From an uncultured Desulfuromusa sp. (GTDB lineage Bacteria > Desulfobacterota > Desulfuromonadia > Desulfuromonadales > Geopsychrobacteraceae), in contig NZ_CAXXLH010000001.1 in the NCBI RefSeq assembly GCF_963675815.2, positions 1,167,746 to 1,191,745 of the forward strand: DNA of 24,000 nt, written 5' to 3'. A program made the translations under genes and the position numbers. A model generated the notes under the pieces. That model searched no databases. It saw nothing but the letters and a program-made list of their open reading frames with translations, and was not told the DNA's origin. Below, piece by piece: positions 1 to 9,327 of this stretch; the first letter of the stretch is position 1, and every line of letters starts with the position of its first letter.

Positions 1-3000
1 TGTCCTCCCTGGAATGCCAAATATTTCATGTCTCCGGGGATGGCTGCTGTGCCACCTGATGTTTGTAGCTCAATATCCCGCAACGTTGCTGTGGCAACGG
101 CATTGAATCTAAACCGATGTCGCCCGCTGGTCAGTGTTGGCGTCACAAACTCTTGATACATCTCTGTCAACCATTTAAATGCAACCATAGTTGTCGAGTT
201 ATTCGTGCTGCCAGGTGTATAGGGTTGATTAATCAAATTAGCAAAACCGGTCGGTGCCGCTGTGTTTGTGACGTTATCGTCGTCAAGAAATCCAGCAGCA
301 ATGATCAGCGCACCTTCTGTTTGAGCTGTAATTTCAGGGGAATTTGGCATGCCGCTGCTACCGGCTGCAAAAACCGATATCGCATCCAACGTATCAGCAT
401 GGACGCCGCGCAGAGTGACGGCAATAAATGTTGAGTTTTGGTCTGGCAGTCCGCCGTCGTCAACAAAAGAATATGTTGTCGGCGATGTTGCACCGACGCG
501 TTGATAAACGCAGACAGCACACATATTTTGTGATGTTGAGTTTAAAACTGTTGTCCATCCGGCGGGAACGTTATGTGCATCTTGCCGGTCTTTTGTCAGA
601 AAAACGAAAATGACATCATCCTCGGCAGACGATGGCAAGGTATAGCTTGCTGAGCCGTCTCCGTCATAGTCGGATGTCGAATCAACAATGGTGATATCGG
701 ACCCGTCTGCCGGTTTGATTGCCAATGTTGCCGATCGCCAATCATCAGATCCTGACCCACTAAAAGCTGCGGGGTTGATATATCCAGGGTCGCTTGTTTT
801 TGTCCCTAGCAGGGTTTCAGACCCCCATGCTGACCCTGTCCATGATGAGTAATAAACACCGACATTCCCAGCCCCGGATAAACGACAAATCATTTTTATG
901 ACGTCATCAACTGAGCGATCCGTGGTTGAATCATAATAAGTATCGCCAACTGCGAGCGCTGTGTTTTTTGTCAATTCGATGGCCGTTGCCCCGGAAAATT
1001 GCAGCTCACCGGTCGGCATAAACCCTTCCCGCGTGATCATTTCTGCTTTTAAAACCAGCTTTTGATCATCAGATTGTAGAGCTGATGCGTACAACGTGTT
1101 GTCATCTAAAAACAGAAAAACCCGGATATCATCTGTTGTGAAATCATATTCAAAATCCTGGTAGACCCCGCTGGACGCGATACCATCTTCCATGCGACTG
1201 ACGGAATCGACAAGAACCCCGCCAATTGAGAATCTGACCCCGTTGCTACCAATCTCCGCATAATCGCCATTTTCCAGTGTTGACCGGATACCGCCGGATG
1301 TGAGTTCGATAAGTGATTGCAGGGCGGTTGCTGTTGCATCTGCATTGTCTACAGGCTTAGTCCCTCCGTCATCGGTTATATCAGACCAATCAGTGGATTG
1401 GTTGCTCTGGACACCAACGGAGAAGCTCTCTTCGTCACTCCATGCGCTTGCAAAACCGTCTTTAGATAAAGCTCGGCATTGAACACTATAGGCAAGAGAT
1501 GGAGTTAAACCCGTTATAATTGCTGGATTTCCAACGACAATAGACCACCCGTCATTACTGCCAATAGATTGGTAGCGAACCTCGTATTTATGTGCAGGAA
1601 CACGCCCACCGATTGGTGATAGGGACACTAGGATTGAATAAGACATGCTCCCATCCGCTGTCAGTGTTGCGGACTCTGTGCTTATTGACGTAATAGATGG
1701 GATATCCGGTATCGTTATAGCTGAATCCACAGGAACGCTTATGCCTGGATCGTAGTCTGGTATCGTTGATAAATCCGCGGCCCACACTTCAGGGGCCGCA
1801 TCGACATAGTAAATTCGTGCCGTTAAATCTTCAGACTTTTCAATGTGGTGGATTATTTTCAAACTTGTTTCTTGGTCTGACTCACCAAACATTGCCAGAT
1901 CTTCAATTTCAGGAGCGTCAGCGATGGCTATTGATGTTTCAAAAACTAAAGTATTTGTCTCACCAACATCAAGAGTAACAGCGCGGTAAATATCACCACC
2001 GGAGGATAATCTAAACCTAAGTGCGTATGTTTTGCCTGTTTCCATTGTGACAGTTTCATCGAGAGTCACAGCAATAGCGTCGCCCGTGGTCGCGTGGTAA
2101 AAAACCTCTTTTACCCGCCCACTGTACAGCCCGTGCATGGCAACATCATCAGTGACGCGGATAAGATCCCCGCGGGTACAGACAAGATGTTCAACATCGA
2201 CCATGCGACTGTGCATCTCTGGTCGTAACTGCGCCACGGCGAGGTAATACCGGCCTTGCTTATAGGCTTGAGAATGCTCAGTTATCCCTAGCGTTTCGAT
2301 TTTATCGATGCGGGTCGCTGTGGCTTCGGTGTAACCGTCATTCGGGACAAATATCTGTTCCTGCCGGTATCCTGCGGAGGCGTCGATATAGTTGACGTAG
2401 ACTCCGTGGATCTCATCGAAAGACTTTGACCCGTCAACGTCCCAACTGTTTCTTGGGGTCAGCCATTGCTTAACCCCGCGCTCTTCAATAACTGCGGTGT
2501 CTCTGACAACTGAGTGGAGCCCGTCTTTGTTGGCATAGCTTGCCCGTCCAATGGCAGCTATATTGCGGACCATCTCAAACGGAGACGTTCTCGCTGTTTG
2601 CACGGCATTATAAAAGTACCCGTAGAGGTCTGTTTCTTCCGCCCATTCTTGCAATTCCGTCAAGTCAAGCCGACTGTCAGCAAGGGGCGATTTCATCGGG
2701 CTACCCTGGAATACGTGCCGATATAACGCGGCTGGCTGACTGGTAGGCTGTTCAACCCACTCTGTCCCCGTCCATGCGGGGCAAATACTTTTAGCGACAC
2801 AGTTGTATTGGTCGATAATGTTTTGGAGCTGGTCTGTCGCCTTAATTCTGAGCGCAACTTTGGCAACGCCAGAAACAGCTATAGGATCGCTGTTTTCAAT
2901 AGAGCGCAATGTTGACCATGTTGCTGTGTCGTAAATGGTTTGCGTTTCAAGAGGATCGGCAGTGACCCTCCTGACTCTAATATCGTATTGACCATTTGCA

Positions 3001-4379
3001 ACGGGGATAACAACACCAAACCGAACCGCTGAAGCAGCCTTTCCAGTTGCTGATGACAATTCAGATGAACTGGTAAAACTCCCTGCAGCTATTGAAATTG
3101 TGTCAGAGTTCAAAAGGGTCGCAACGTAATTGTCAACGCTGGTTTCTTTTAACTCATCTGGTCTGACATCGGTAAAGTTTGAAATTGTTTTTGAATATCC
3201 TGTCTGAGTAAATGAACATATGGGGTAGCTGCTTGATGGAACGCTAAACCCATCCCCAAGCCGACCCGTCGTTTTACTGACATAGATATAATTGGTTCTC
3301 GTTACCGGCGCGTAGACAGGTTGAGATCCACTATCACCACCGTCATATGACACGACCTCCAAACCAGGACCGTTAGGAACATCATAGAGATGATCGCTTG
3401 TTACAATTGTTGGGATTGCCGATGTCCATGTATTTAAACCTGTTGGGCTGTATTCAACCTCAAAGCTAACAGTCCTCTCCTGCTTCTCACCATGGGAGTC
3501 AAATTGAACAAGTCCTGACGCAAACGTTATTTCAACATTCAGTTCATCAATACCAGCGGCGCTTGTTTGTTCAACCCAACCGGTAGATTCATTCAAAGTG
3601 ACCCCGACCGTGGTTTCCACGACTGATCCAGGGTAAAGAGACACAGCCCCGTCGTCCGCGTACCCATGCTTCACTTCGATCTCAACGTCATCGTAGTCAA
3701 ACAGGTCAGTTTCGCCTATCTTGTGTTTGGAGATATCAAGAGGTCCATAACCAACCACAAACAGCAACCTGAGATACTGATCCTGCCCGACAAGTTCTGT
3801 GTATGGTGGAGCGCCGTAATATGGCGTAACAAGGTGCTCACCCAAGATAGCTGGGATGGGCTGATAGAGTGCTGCGGTATTTCTTGCCCCTGCAATTGAT
3901 AGTGTTGGTTTGTCAGAGCCTACAGATGATAGGACATTTTGTTTTGGAGGTGGAACAATGGCGTTAATTGCCAAAGATCCTGCAATTCCGATAACAGCAG
4001 AACCTACAGCACCCCATCCTGAACCGGTTCCGGCAAAACCAAGCCCACGTCCTATCGCACCCCCAAGGGGGCCACCGTATACAGTTGCAACAATCATAAC
4101 AACAACAGCGAGGATCGTTGCTAACGGGTTTTTATCATCACCGCCCTGGGGAATAATGCGGATGGTAACAGACTGCCCTGGGGCTGGAATAAGGGTGTCC
4201 CAATAACGCTCATCAATATAACGATCATCAACATAGATATGCGCGTATCTGGCCAGAATAGGATCGGGTTGGACATCCAGCAGGATCTCGGCCAGGGTTT
4301 TACCGGCCACGCTGGTGACAATGGCTCCACTGCGGAAGGGATTAGGACAAGCAATAACGGGGACAAGATCAGATTGCAT
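1..4379 (-). CDS. Tail-tip host-specificity protein, lambda J-like, fused to a gpI-like N-terminal module (3' end lies beyond the window start)
   Basis: It is absent from the ORF track because it has no stop inside the window. I translated this minus frame by hand from ATG 4379 to position 1 and found no stop (>1459 codons). The N-terminus reads MQSDLVPVIACPNPFRSGAIVTSVAGKTLAEIL. It is followed by a Gly-rich hydrophobic segment, GGPLGGAIGRGLGFAGTGSGWGAVGSAVIGIAGSLAINAI (gpI-like). J-family motifs then follow: PTLSIAGARNTAALYQPIPAILGEH, DQYLRLLFVVGYGPLDI and ANGQYDIRVRRVTAD. An FN3-like segment is also present (HKYEVRYQSIG...YSVQCRALSKDGFASAWS). The gene follows the M/L/K-like genes. Confidence 0.85.
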   Translation of the reverse strand, partial: MQSDLVPVIACPNPFRSGAIVTSVAGKTLAEILLDVQPDPILARYAHIYVDDRYIDERYWDTLIPAPGQSVTIRIIPQGGDDKNPLATILAVVVMIVATVYGGPLGGAIGRGLGFAGTGSGWGAVGSAVIGIAGSLAINAIVPPPKQNVLSSVGSDKPTLSIAGARNTAALYQPIPAILGEHLVTPYYGAPPYTELVGQDQYLRLLFVVGYGPLDISKHKIGETDLFDYDDVEIEVKHGYADDGAVSLYPGSVVETTVGVTLNESTGWVEQTSAAGIDELNVEITFASGLVQFDSHGEKQERTVSFEVEYSPTGLNTWTSAIPTIVTSDHLYDVPNGPGLEVVSYDGGDSGSQPVYAPVTRTNYIYVSKTTGRLGDGFSVPSSSYPICSFTQTGYSKTISNFTDVRPDELKETSVDNYVATLLNSDTISIAAGSFTSSSELSSATGKAASAVRFGVVIPVANGQYDIRVRRVTADPLETQTIYDTATWSTLRSIENSDPIAVSGVAKVALRIKATDQLQNIIDQYNCVAKSICPAWTGTEWVEQPTSQPAALYRHVFQGSPMKSPLADSRLDLTELQEWAEETDLYGYFYNAVQTARTSPFEMVRNIAAIGRASYANKDGLHSVVRDTAVIEERGVKQWLTPRNSWDVDGSKSFDEIHGVYVNYIDASAGYRQEQIFVPNDGYTEATATRIDKIETLGITEHSQAYKQGRYYLAVAQLRPEMHSRMVDVEHLVCTRGDLIRVTDDVAMHGLYSGRVKEVFYHATTGDAIAVTLDETVTMETGKTYALRFRLSSGGDIYRAVTLDVGETNTLVFETSIAIADAPEIEDLAMFGESDQETSLKIIHHIEKSEDLTARIYYVDAAPEVWAADLSTIPDYDPGISVPVDSAITIPDIPSITSISTESATLTADGSMSYSILVSLSPIGGRVPAHKYEVRYQSIGSNDGWSIVVGNPAIITGLTPSLAYSVQCRALSKDGFASAWSDEESFSVGVQSNQSTDWSDITDDGGTKPVDNADATATALQSLIELTSGGIRSTLENGDYAEIGSNGVRFSIGGVLVDSVSRMEDGIASSGVYQDFEYDFTTDDIRVFLFLDDNTLYASALQSDDQKLVLKAEMITREGFMPTGELQFSGATAIELTKNTALAVGDTYYDSTTDRSVDDVIKMICRLSGAGNVGVYYSSWTGSAWGSETLLGTKTSDPGYINPAAFSGSGSDDWRSATLAIKPADGSDITIVDSTSDYDGDGSASYTLPSSAEDDVIFVFLTKDRQDAHNVPAGWTTVLNSTSQNMCAVCVYQRVGATSPTTYSFVDDGGLPDQNSTFIAVTLRGVHADTLDAISVFAAGSSGMPNSPEITAQTEGALIIAAGFLDDDNVTNTAAPTGFANLINQPYTPGSTNNSTTMVAFKWLTEMYQEFVTPTLTSGRHRFRFNAVATATLRDIELQTSGGTAAIPGDMKYLAFQGG

Positions 4380-4773
4380 AACGCCATGCCTCCCGAATGC
4401 GTGGCCGCAAGTGCGGACGGGTAAAGTCTTCGACGACTGCCATTTTGCCATGCTCGCTGTGGATAATACGGCGGTGATCGATGACGATACCTAAGTGACA
4501 ATCAAAACCGGCCTGGCGGATGACCAGCACATCAAATGCTTGTAATTCCGTGAGACCAACGGGGATAAAACCAATTAACGTTGGCTGTGTGTGAATCATA
4601 CTGTTCATTGTTGCGTGATCGCGGGTGCTCTCATATCCCTGCAATGCAGGCAGCTCGATGCCGCGTTCATGTCGATAAATCAACCGTAACAGCCCATAAC
4701 AGTCAACACCTGACCAGCTGCGGCCTTTGCTGACAAAATCGATCCCGACGTATTTTTCCCACCAATTCATCAT
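4369..4773 (-). CDS. NlpC/P60-family tail-tip protein (lambda K C-terminal-like)
   Basis: 134 aa. A Cys/His peptidase signature is present: SGVDCYGLLRLIY ... FDCHLGIVIDHRRIIHSEHG. The start overlaps the upstream gene stop as ATGA. Its position between the L-like and J-like genes fits. Confidence 0.85.
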   Translation of the reverse strand: MMNWWEKYVGIDFVSKGRSWSGVDCYGLLRLIYRHERGIELPALQGYESTRDHATMNSMIHTQPTLIGFIPVGLTELQAFDVLVIRQAGFDCHLGIVIDHRRIIHSEHGKMAVVEDFTRPHLRPRIREAWRYAI

Positions 4774-5252
4774 GCTTTAAATAACCCCGGTGTTGTGATC
4801 GGTGTAAAATCATGAGCAGGCCAACGAGTGTTCAATATTGGCTCATACTCAAGACTTCCAGAGACAATTATGGCGTTCCACTTTGCCGTGCAGAAGTCAA
4901 ACTCATATGGGCCAGCTATAATGTCGTCAATATCACTGGCCAAACAGACCTCAAGAACAACAGTGCATGGTGTTGACAGTTGCCGAAGCGTCTGCACGAT
5001 GACCCGATCAACGTTGTCAATGGCTAAAGTGACTTGTGGCATTTCATCTTCGTTTTCATCCGGAAGGGTTATGGAAAAGGGGCACCCGATCCATTCTTGA
5101 CTCCCGGCGTCCGTGTGAGAAACACGGTCATTAATAAAATGGAAGTCACTGGCCCAACTCGTATGGCTGATCTTCAACTTACACAGATAAACTTCAGCGG
5201 TCTGCTGTGCGAAAAGTGACGACCTCGCCTGAATGGAAACATCACGGCTCAT
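4770..5252 (-). CDS. Minor tail protein, DUF1833 / lambda L-like
   Basis: 160 aa. Motifs typical of DUF1833 as I recall it: EVYLCKLKISH, CPFSITLPDENEDEMPQVTLAIDNVDR and a C-terminal FTPITTPGLF. It has an ATGA overlap with both neighbours. Confidence 0.8.
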   Translation of the reverse strand: MSRDVSIQARSSLFAQQTAEVYLCKLKISHTSWASDFHFINDRVSHTDAGSQEWIGCPFSITLPDENEDEMPQVTLAIDNVDRVIVQTLRQLSTPCTVVLEVCLASDIDDIIAGPYEFDFCTAKWNAIIVSGSLEYEPILNTRWPAHDFTPITTPGLFKA

Positions 5253-5599
5253 GGAAGCACCTCAATCTGCATAGATACGGCATATCTCAGTGGACCGCGA
5301 TAGCGGCGTGTTGGCACCCCGATAATGCGGCAAACAACAGCAACACCGGTTTCCGGATGAATCCAATCAAACGGCAACGCACCTCGTGCGATCGTCTCCC
5401 GGAAAAACGTTTGAAAGGTCGTATGCTCGTCTATGGTCATCACAAAAACACAGGTGAGGAGTTCCGGCACAGCTGTATATCGCCGCCGAACCTTTTCCGG
5501 GCCAGCATCCATGGATGTGCGAATTGTCGCTTCCACGTCAGCAGCGGAATAATCAGATTGGCGAGGTTTCTGCGGGATTGTTGCTGGCCACTGTGCCAC
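5249..5599 (-). CDS. Minor tail protein, lambda M-like
   Basis: 116 aa with a GTG start at 5599. AGGAGG lies 6 nt upstream, inside the tape-measure 3' end. Size, position directly after the tape measure, and the pattern ...TFQTFFRETIARGALPFDWIHPETG... resemble lambda M. Similarity is weak and judged by eye only. Confidence 0.6.
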   Translation of the reverse strand: MAQWPATIPQKPRQSDYSAADVEATIRTSMDAGPEKVRRRYTAVPELLTCVFVMTIDEHTTFQTFFRETIARGALPFDWIHPETGVAVVCRIIGVPTRRYRGPLRYAVSMQIEVLP

Positions 5600-7654
5600 C
5601 TAACGACCTCCTATCCGGCTGACACCAAGCATAGATTCTATGGATCTGCCAAGCTTTCCACGTCGTGAAAGAATCCTTGAGGCCAGTTCTTTTTCAAGAG
5701 TCACAATAATGTCGGTGCCACCCTGGCTGTTTTGTTGCTGGCTGACGCTGGCGTTGGTAGCATCACCATAATTATTGATGATGACATTGCTTGCCCCGCC
5801 AGTTCTGCCCTCCAAGGCTGCTGCAATCGCGTCAAATTTTCGGGTGTGCTCGCGATCAAGAACAGTTTCACCCTTTAGTAAGATCGCTGGAATTTCATCG
5901 TTTGCCAGACCGCCGGAATGGAAACGGGGAACAACTTTTCCGCCGTTATGGAGAGCGGGACCGAACGCAGCGGAGGGTTGAGATCCCATCGTGTAAGTCG
6001 TGCCGCTAAGCAGCCCACTTAAACCCGCATTCAATGCACTGGCCAGTGGCCCGGTGATATTCTGTTGAATTGCTAAGCGCATAATGTCACTTAAGATCGA
6101 GTTGATCATGTCTTTAAAGCTGGTCTTACCTGTCAAGGCAAACTCAACCATTGCATCTTCCATCGATCCAAACGCATTAAAAACAGTCCCGGTCAGTCGA
6201 TCACCAAAGGTTTCATCGTAGTAGTCGGCAAGTTCATCGAGACTATTCATGAGGGAGGTTTGCCAGCTTTTATCCAAAGCAATCATGGCTTCTGTTGAAC
6301 GGGATAGAACTTCAAACTTGTCTTCGGCCTGGATCTGCCAGAAGTCCTTGCTGGCTTCCCAGGAGATCTTACTGAGCTCTGCGGCTTCCTTTTCCATCTG
6401 GATCTGGACATCGAGTGAGCGGGACTGGATTTCGTTCCTGTCGTTGTACATTTGCTGCCAGGAGTCGGTGATGTCTTTACCGAGTTTGGTGTAGGCATCG
6501 AGTTCTTTTTTTGTCCAGGATGTTTTTGCAGGGTCAGAGCTTCCCGTCGGCCGGAAAGTATTTTGCGACAATGCTAAATCCAACTCACGCTTGTTAGATC
6601 TATCGCGAAAAGTATCTGCTCCTTCAATTTTGATTTTTTCTCCGGAGCGATCGCGATTTTGATACTTCTCAAGAGCGACAAGCAGACCATTAATAGTCAT
6701 CGTCATGGTTGATGCGTTAGCGATTGAGTTTTTGAATATCCCTGCGAGGTTATCCCCGATATCAGTGTCATCGAGAAAAGAATCGAGATCCTTGAGACCC
6801 TGATGCAATGTCCGCACGAATCCTGTCAGATCTCTGGTCAATTCTGCAGCAGTCTCCATCCCCGCACCGTCTGCCAGATCAACTTGCAGCTCAAACCATT
6901 CGGTACTCAAGCGATTCAATTCTGCACGAAGCTTTGTTGTTGCTTCGGGCAGCTGTTCACCGAATTCCTTACGTAGCTGCCGACCAAACTTAGGCAGAAA
7001 ATCATCTGATAAGACTTGGCCTTGTTCGAGCATCTTATTGAGTTCTTGCGTTGTGACACCCATCGCCCTGGCAGCAATCTGGAATGCTCCAGGAATTCGC
7101 TCTCCAAGCTGACCCCGAAGTTCTTCAGCCTGGACGTTGCCTTTACTCATGATCTGTTCAACAGCACGCATTGCTCCGGCCTGGTCAGCCGCCGACAGTC
7201 TTAAAACGGTACCGGCTTCTACAATTCCAAGCCAAGTTTCTCTAACTTCTTTTTGGGTTATGTTTGTGCCCCGTGATGCGGCATTAAGCTTTGCATATCC
7301 TCCTGCCACTGTTTCAAGATCAAGACCGAGTCGGTTAGCCTGCTGCCGGGTAAATTCCATTTCAATCGATGATTGCTGTTGACTGACCGTTGCCGCATCC
7401 ATGATGCCGTCAAGAGCTTCCCACTTCATCCCGGCTTCGAGAATATCTTTACCCAGCTTAACTAAAACAACAGCCGTTGCACCCGCCGCTGCTGCAAGGC
7501 CAGCTGGCCCGATAGCAGCGCTTAGACTCCTGGCTCCACTGGTTGCTGTTTTTGCAGAAGAATCAACCTGGTCAACCCCGCCCTTAACCTTCTTCAGGTC
7601 AGGGCTGGCCTTGTCAATTGCTTCCAGTATCAGTTTGAGTTTCAGATCATTCAT
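5600..7654 (-). CDS. Tail tape measure protein
   Basis: About 684 aa. The protein is long, helical and rich in Ala/Gln/Glu/Leu. The C-terminal motif HNGGKVVPRFHSGGLANDEIPAILLKGETVLD is common in tape measures. The gene lies immediately downstream of the frameshifting chaperone. The ORF track starts at TTG 7657. I prefer ATG 7654, which has GAGGTG 4 nt upstream. Confidence 0.9.
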   Translation of the reverse strand: MNDLKLKLILEAIDKASPDLKKVKGGVDQVDSSAKTATSGARSLSAAIGPAGLAAAAGATAVVLVKLGKDILEAGMKWEALDGIMDAATVSQQQSSIEMEFTRQQANRLGLDLETVAGGYAKLNAASRGTNITQKEVRETWLGIVEAGTVLRLSAADQAGAMRAVEQIMSKGNVQAEELRGQLGERIPGAFQIAARAMGVTTQELNKMLEQGQVLSDDFLPKFGRQLRKEFGEQLPEATTKLRAELNRLSTEWFELQVDLADGAGMETAAELTRDLTGFVRTLHQGLKDLDSFLDDTDIGDNLAGIFKNSIANASTMTMTINGLLVALEKYQNRDRSGEKIKIEGADTFRDRSNKRELDLALSQNTFRPTGSSDPAKTSWTKKELDAYTKLGKDITDSWQQMYNDRNEIQSRSLDVQIQMEKEAAELSKISWEASKDFWQIQAEDKFEVLSRSTEAMIALDKSWQTSLMNSLDELADYYDETFGDRLTGTVFNAFGSMEDAMVEFALTGKTSFKDMINSILSDIMRLAIQQNITGPLASALNAGLSGLLSGTTYTMGSQPSAAFGPALHNGGKVVPRFHSGGLANDEIPAILLKGETVLDREHTRKFDAIAAALEGRTGGASNVIINNYGDATNASVSQQQNSQGGTDIIVTLEKELASRILSRRGKLGRSIESMLGVSRIGGR

Positions 7655-8006
7655 CAATCACCTCGATCATATTCCGATCGCATTCTTTGCAGTCTTCTTC
7701 TGTCCATCCATCCAGCTGCTTACAGGCTTTACAATATTCATCTTCTGGTGTTGCTTTTTCTCCAGCGCCCAGAAGCTGAATCACCGCTTCACGGAACAGG
7801 GTTTCCCGGCTGCGGTACTTCAGCCAGGGCAGCGCTTCTGCCGGGGTTAATCCCCAGAGGATTTGGTCTCGCTTGGTCCAGTCTCCTCCACAGAGCTGGA
7901 TGACGCATTGCTCGATCCAGTCGCCTGGCTCACTGTTTGCGTTATCTTCTGAGTCACCCCGACCACCAGGTCCAAAATCAAATGGATCGGGTTGCAGTCG
8001 AAAAAA
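7647..8006 (-). CDS. -1 frame extension of the tail assembly chaperone (lambda GT analogue; fusion product 8296..8000 joined to 8000..7647, about 216 aa)
   Basis: After T TTT TTC the -1 frame stays open for 117 codons (RLQPDPFDFGPGG...LWGLTPAEALPWLKYRSRETLFREAV...EYCKACKQLDGWTEEDCKECDRNMIEVIDE). It stops at TGA 7647-7649, overlapping the tape-measure start. The 189-nt gap 7658-7846 has no independent start codon or SD. Confidence 0.7.
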   Translation of the reverse strand, partial: FFRLQPDPFDFGPGGRGDSEDNANSEPGDWIEQCVIQLCGGDWTKRDQILWGLTPAEALPWLKYRSRETLFREAVIQLLGAGEKATPEDEYCKACKQLDGWTEEDCKECDRNMIEVIDE

Positions 8007-8296
8007 TCGGTCACCACTTCGGCCACCTTCTCCGGACTCATGGCAAAAGCCAGCTGTTTAGCGAGTTCGGGAAGATCCTTCTCCCATGGCTTGATATCTT
8101 TTTCCGTCAGGACCACAGCCAAGATCTGATCCAGCCGATCAGCAAAAGCTGCCGTCAGGGCGTATGGGGTCAACTGCGCGGGGATCTCGAGTCCATCAAT
8201 AATCCGGTTGAGTTGCTGCCATTGACCAAATGACAACTCCTCCTGGACGTAGGTTTTGCCGTCAATTTCATAGGTTTTAATTGTTGTTTGAGACAT
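7847..8296 (-). CDS. Tail assembly chaperone (lambda G analogue, 0-frame product)
   Basis: 149 aa, acidic, located between the tail tube and tape-measure genes. It contains an in-frame slippery heptamer (see 8000-8006). Confidence 0.75.
   Translation of the reverse strand: MSQTTIKTYEIDGKTYVQEELSFGQWQQLNRIIDGLEIPAQLTPYALTAAFADRLDQILAVVLTEKDIKPWEKDLPELAKQLAFAMSPEKVAEVVTDFFDCNPIHLILDLVVGVTQKITQTVSQATGSSNASSSSVEETGPSETKSSGD
8000..8006 (-). other. Programmed -1 ribosomal frameshift slippery heptamer T TTT TTC
   Basis: The plus strand reads gaaaaaa at 8000-8006. On the minus strand this is T_TTT_TTC, aligned as X_XXY_YYZ with chaperone codons F98-F99 (codon 98 starts at 8005). Confidence 0.7.
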
Positions 8297-8321
8297 GTTT
8301 AAAGTTCCTTTAAAATCATCT

Positions 8322-8357
8322 AAAAGTCTGGGACAGCCCCCGTGCGGGGACAGTCCC
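8322..8357 (-). terminator. GC-rich stem-loop plus short T-tract after the tail tube gene (attenuator or partial terminator)
   Basis: GGGACTGTCCCC-GCAC-GGGGGCTGTCCC spans 8330-8357. The stem is about 11 bp with one mismatch and one G.U pair. It is followed on the minus strand by AGACTTTTA. The T-tract is short and offset, so termination would be partial at most. Confidence 0.45.
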
Positions 8358-8361
8358 GGTT

Positions 8362-9324
8362 TTAGATGGTGGGCTGTGCGTTCTTCAGGGTAATCTGCAG
8401 CACGCTGGCTTCGGCACTATCATCGTAATAGGCGACAAACGGTAGTTCGACCAGGACTCCTTTGGGACCGCTGATCGCCGGGGAATTTGGTGCGTAGGTC
8501 AACTCAGAAAGCAGGAACTCAATCGATTCATTTCCGGCGCTGCCCAGGCCATCTCCTTTGCTGTAAACGATTTTCAGGCTTGATTCGGTATCATTAACCG
8601 CCTTGTTGTAGAGAGTCAGATTTTCAAATCTGGCCTTGACAGTTCCGGTGACTGAGACCAACCCTGACGGAATATCATCACGTTCACCTTCGCCACCGAC
8701 ACTGTATTGATCTGTATCCGGATCATTGTTAATCGTCAGATTGTCGATGCCCAGGACATTAGCGATCGCCACGCCCCCCTCCTCAATCGTGGCGATGGAA
8801 AAACCGTCAAAGCTATGCTTGCCGAGATCTGTTGGGGTGGCATCGAAGGATGTTCCGGAGGGTGTTTCTTTTGCGCCGACAAAATTGAAAGTCACAGGTT
8901 GAGCGCCTGCCGGGGTCACCGAGAAGGACATGGATCCAACCTTGTTGCCGTTGTATTTGAAATACTGGCCAACATCGGTGAAGCCTTTTTCAACCAACAG
9001 ACTGGGCAGCTCATCTCCCACCTTGAAGGTATGGGTGTATGGCCCGGTTCCGGTGGTTGTTACAGATCCCATGGTTGCTTTAAATAACAAGCCGATATAC
9101 GCCTGCAGTTCAACCGCAAGGGGTCCGGAGACATCGGTATTAAGGCGCAGCGGTTTGGTTGGGTTGCGATCCCCACTGATGGATGGCGATGCTTCCTGAC
9201 CACGGTTTTGTTTTAATCCGCAACTGATAAAGGTGATCTTCTGCGCGTCCGGAGTTGGATCCGTTTTGAAGGCAGTCTCTTCCTGGATAAGGATTTGTCC
9301 TTTTGCTCCTTTGGCTTGTGCCAT
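8362..9324 (-). CDS. Major tail tube protein (siphovirus type)
   Basis: 320 aa. A strong SD (AAGGAGG) lies 8 nt upstream of the ATG. The gene sits between the head-tail connector genes and the frameshifting chaperone. The composition is beta-rich with a high Thr/Gly/Ser content. The family assignment rests on position. Confidence 0.7.
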   Translation of the reverse strand: MAQAKGAKGQILIQEETAFKTDPTPDAQKITFISCGLKQNRGQEASPSISGDRNPTKPLRLNTDVSGPLAVELQAYIGLLFKATMGSVTTTGTGPYTHTFKVGDELPSLLVEKGFTDVGQYFKYNGNKVGSMSFSVTPAGAQPVTFNFVGAKETPSGTSFDATPTDLGKHSFDGFSIATIEEGGVAIANVLGIDNLTINNDPDTDQYSVGGEGERDDIPSGLVSVTGTVKARFENLTLYNKAVNDTESSLKIVYSKGDGLGSAGNESIEFLLSELTYAPNSPAISGPKGVLVELPFVAYYDDSAEASVLQITLKNAQPTI

Positions 9325-9327
9325 AGA

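Noticed and set aside
4121-4501. A 126-aa minus-strand ORF overlapping the K-like/J-like junction, and the 98-aa plus-strand ORF at 3910-4206.
   Set aside because: Both overlap, out of frame, regions whose other frame carries strong family motifs (the NlpC/P60 catalytic residues and the gpI-like Gly-rich segment). Their products are Pro/Arg-rich low-complexity sequence typical of off-frame translation.
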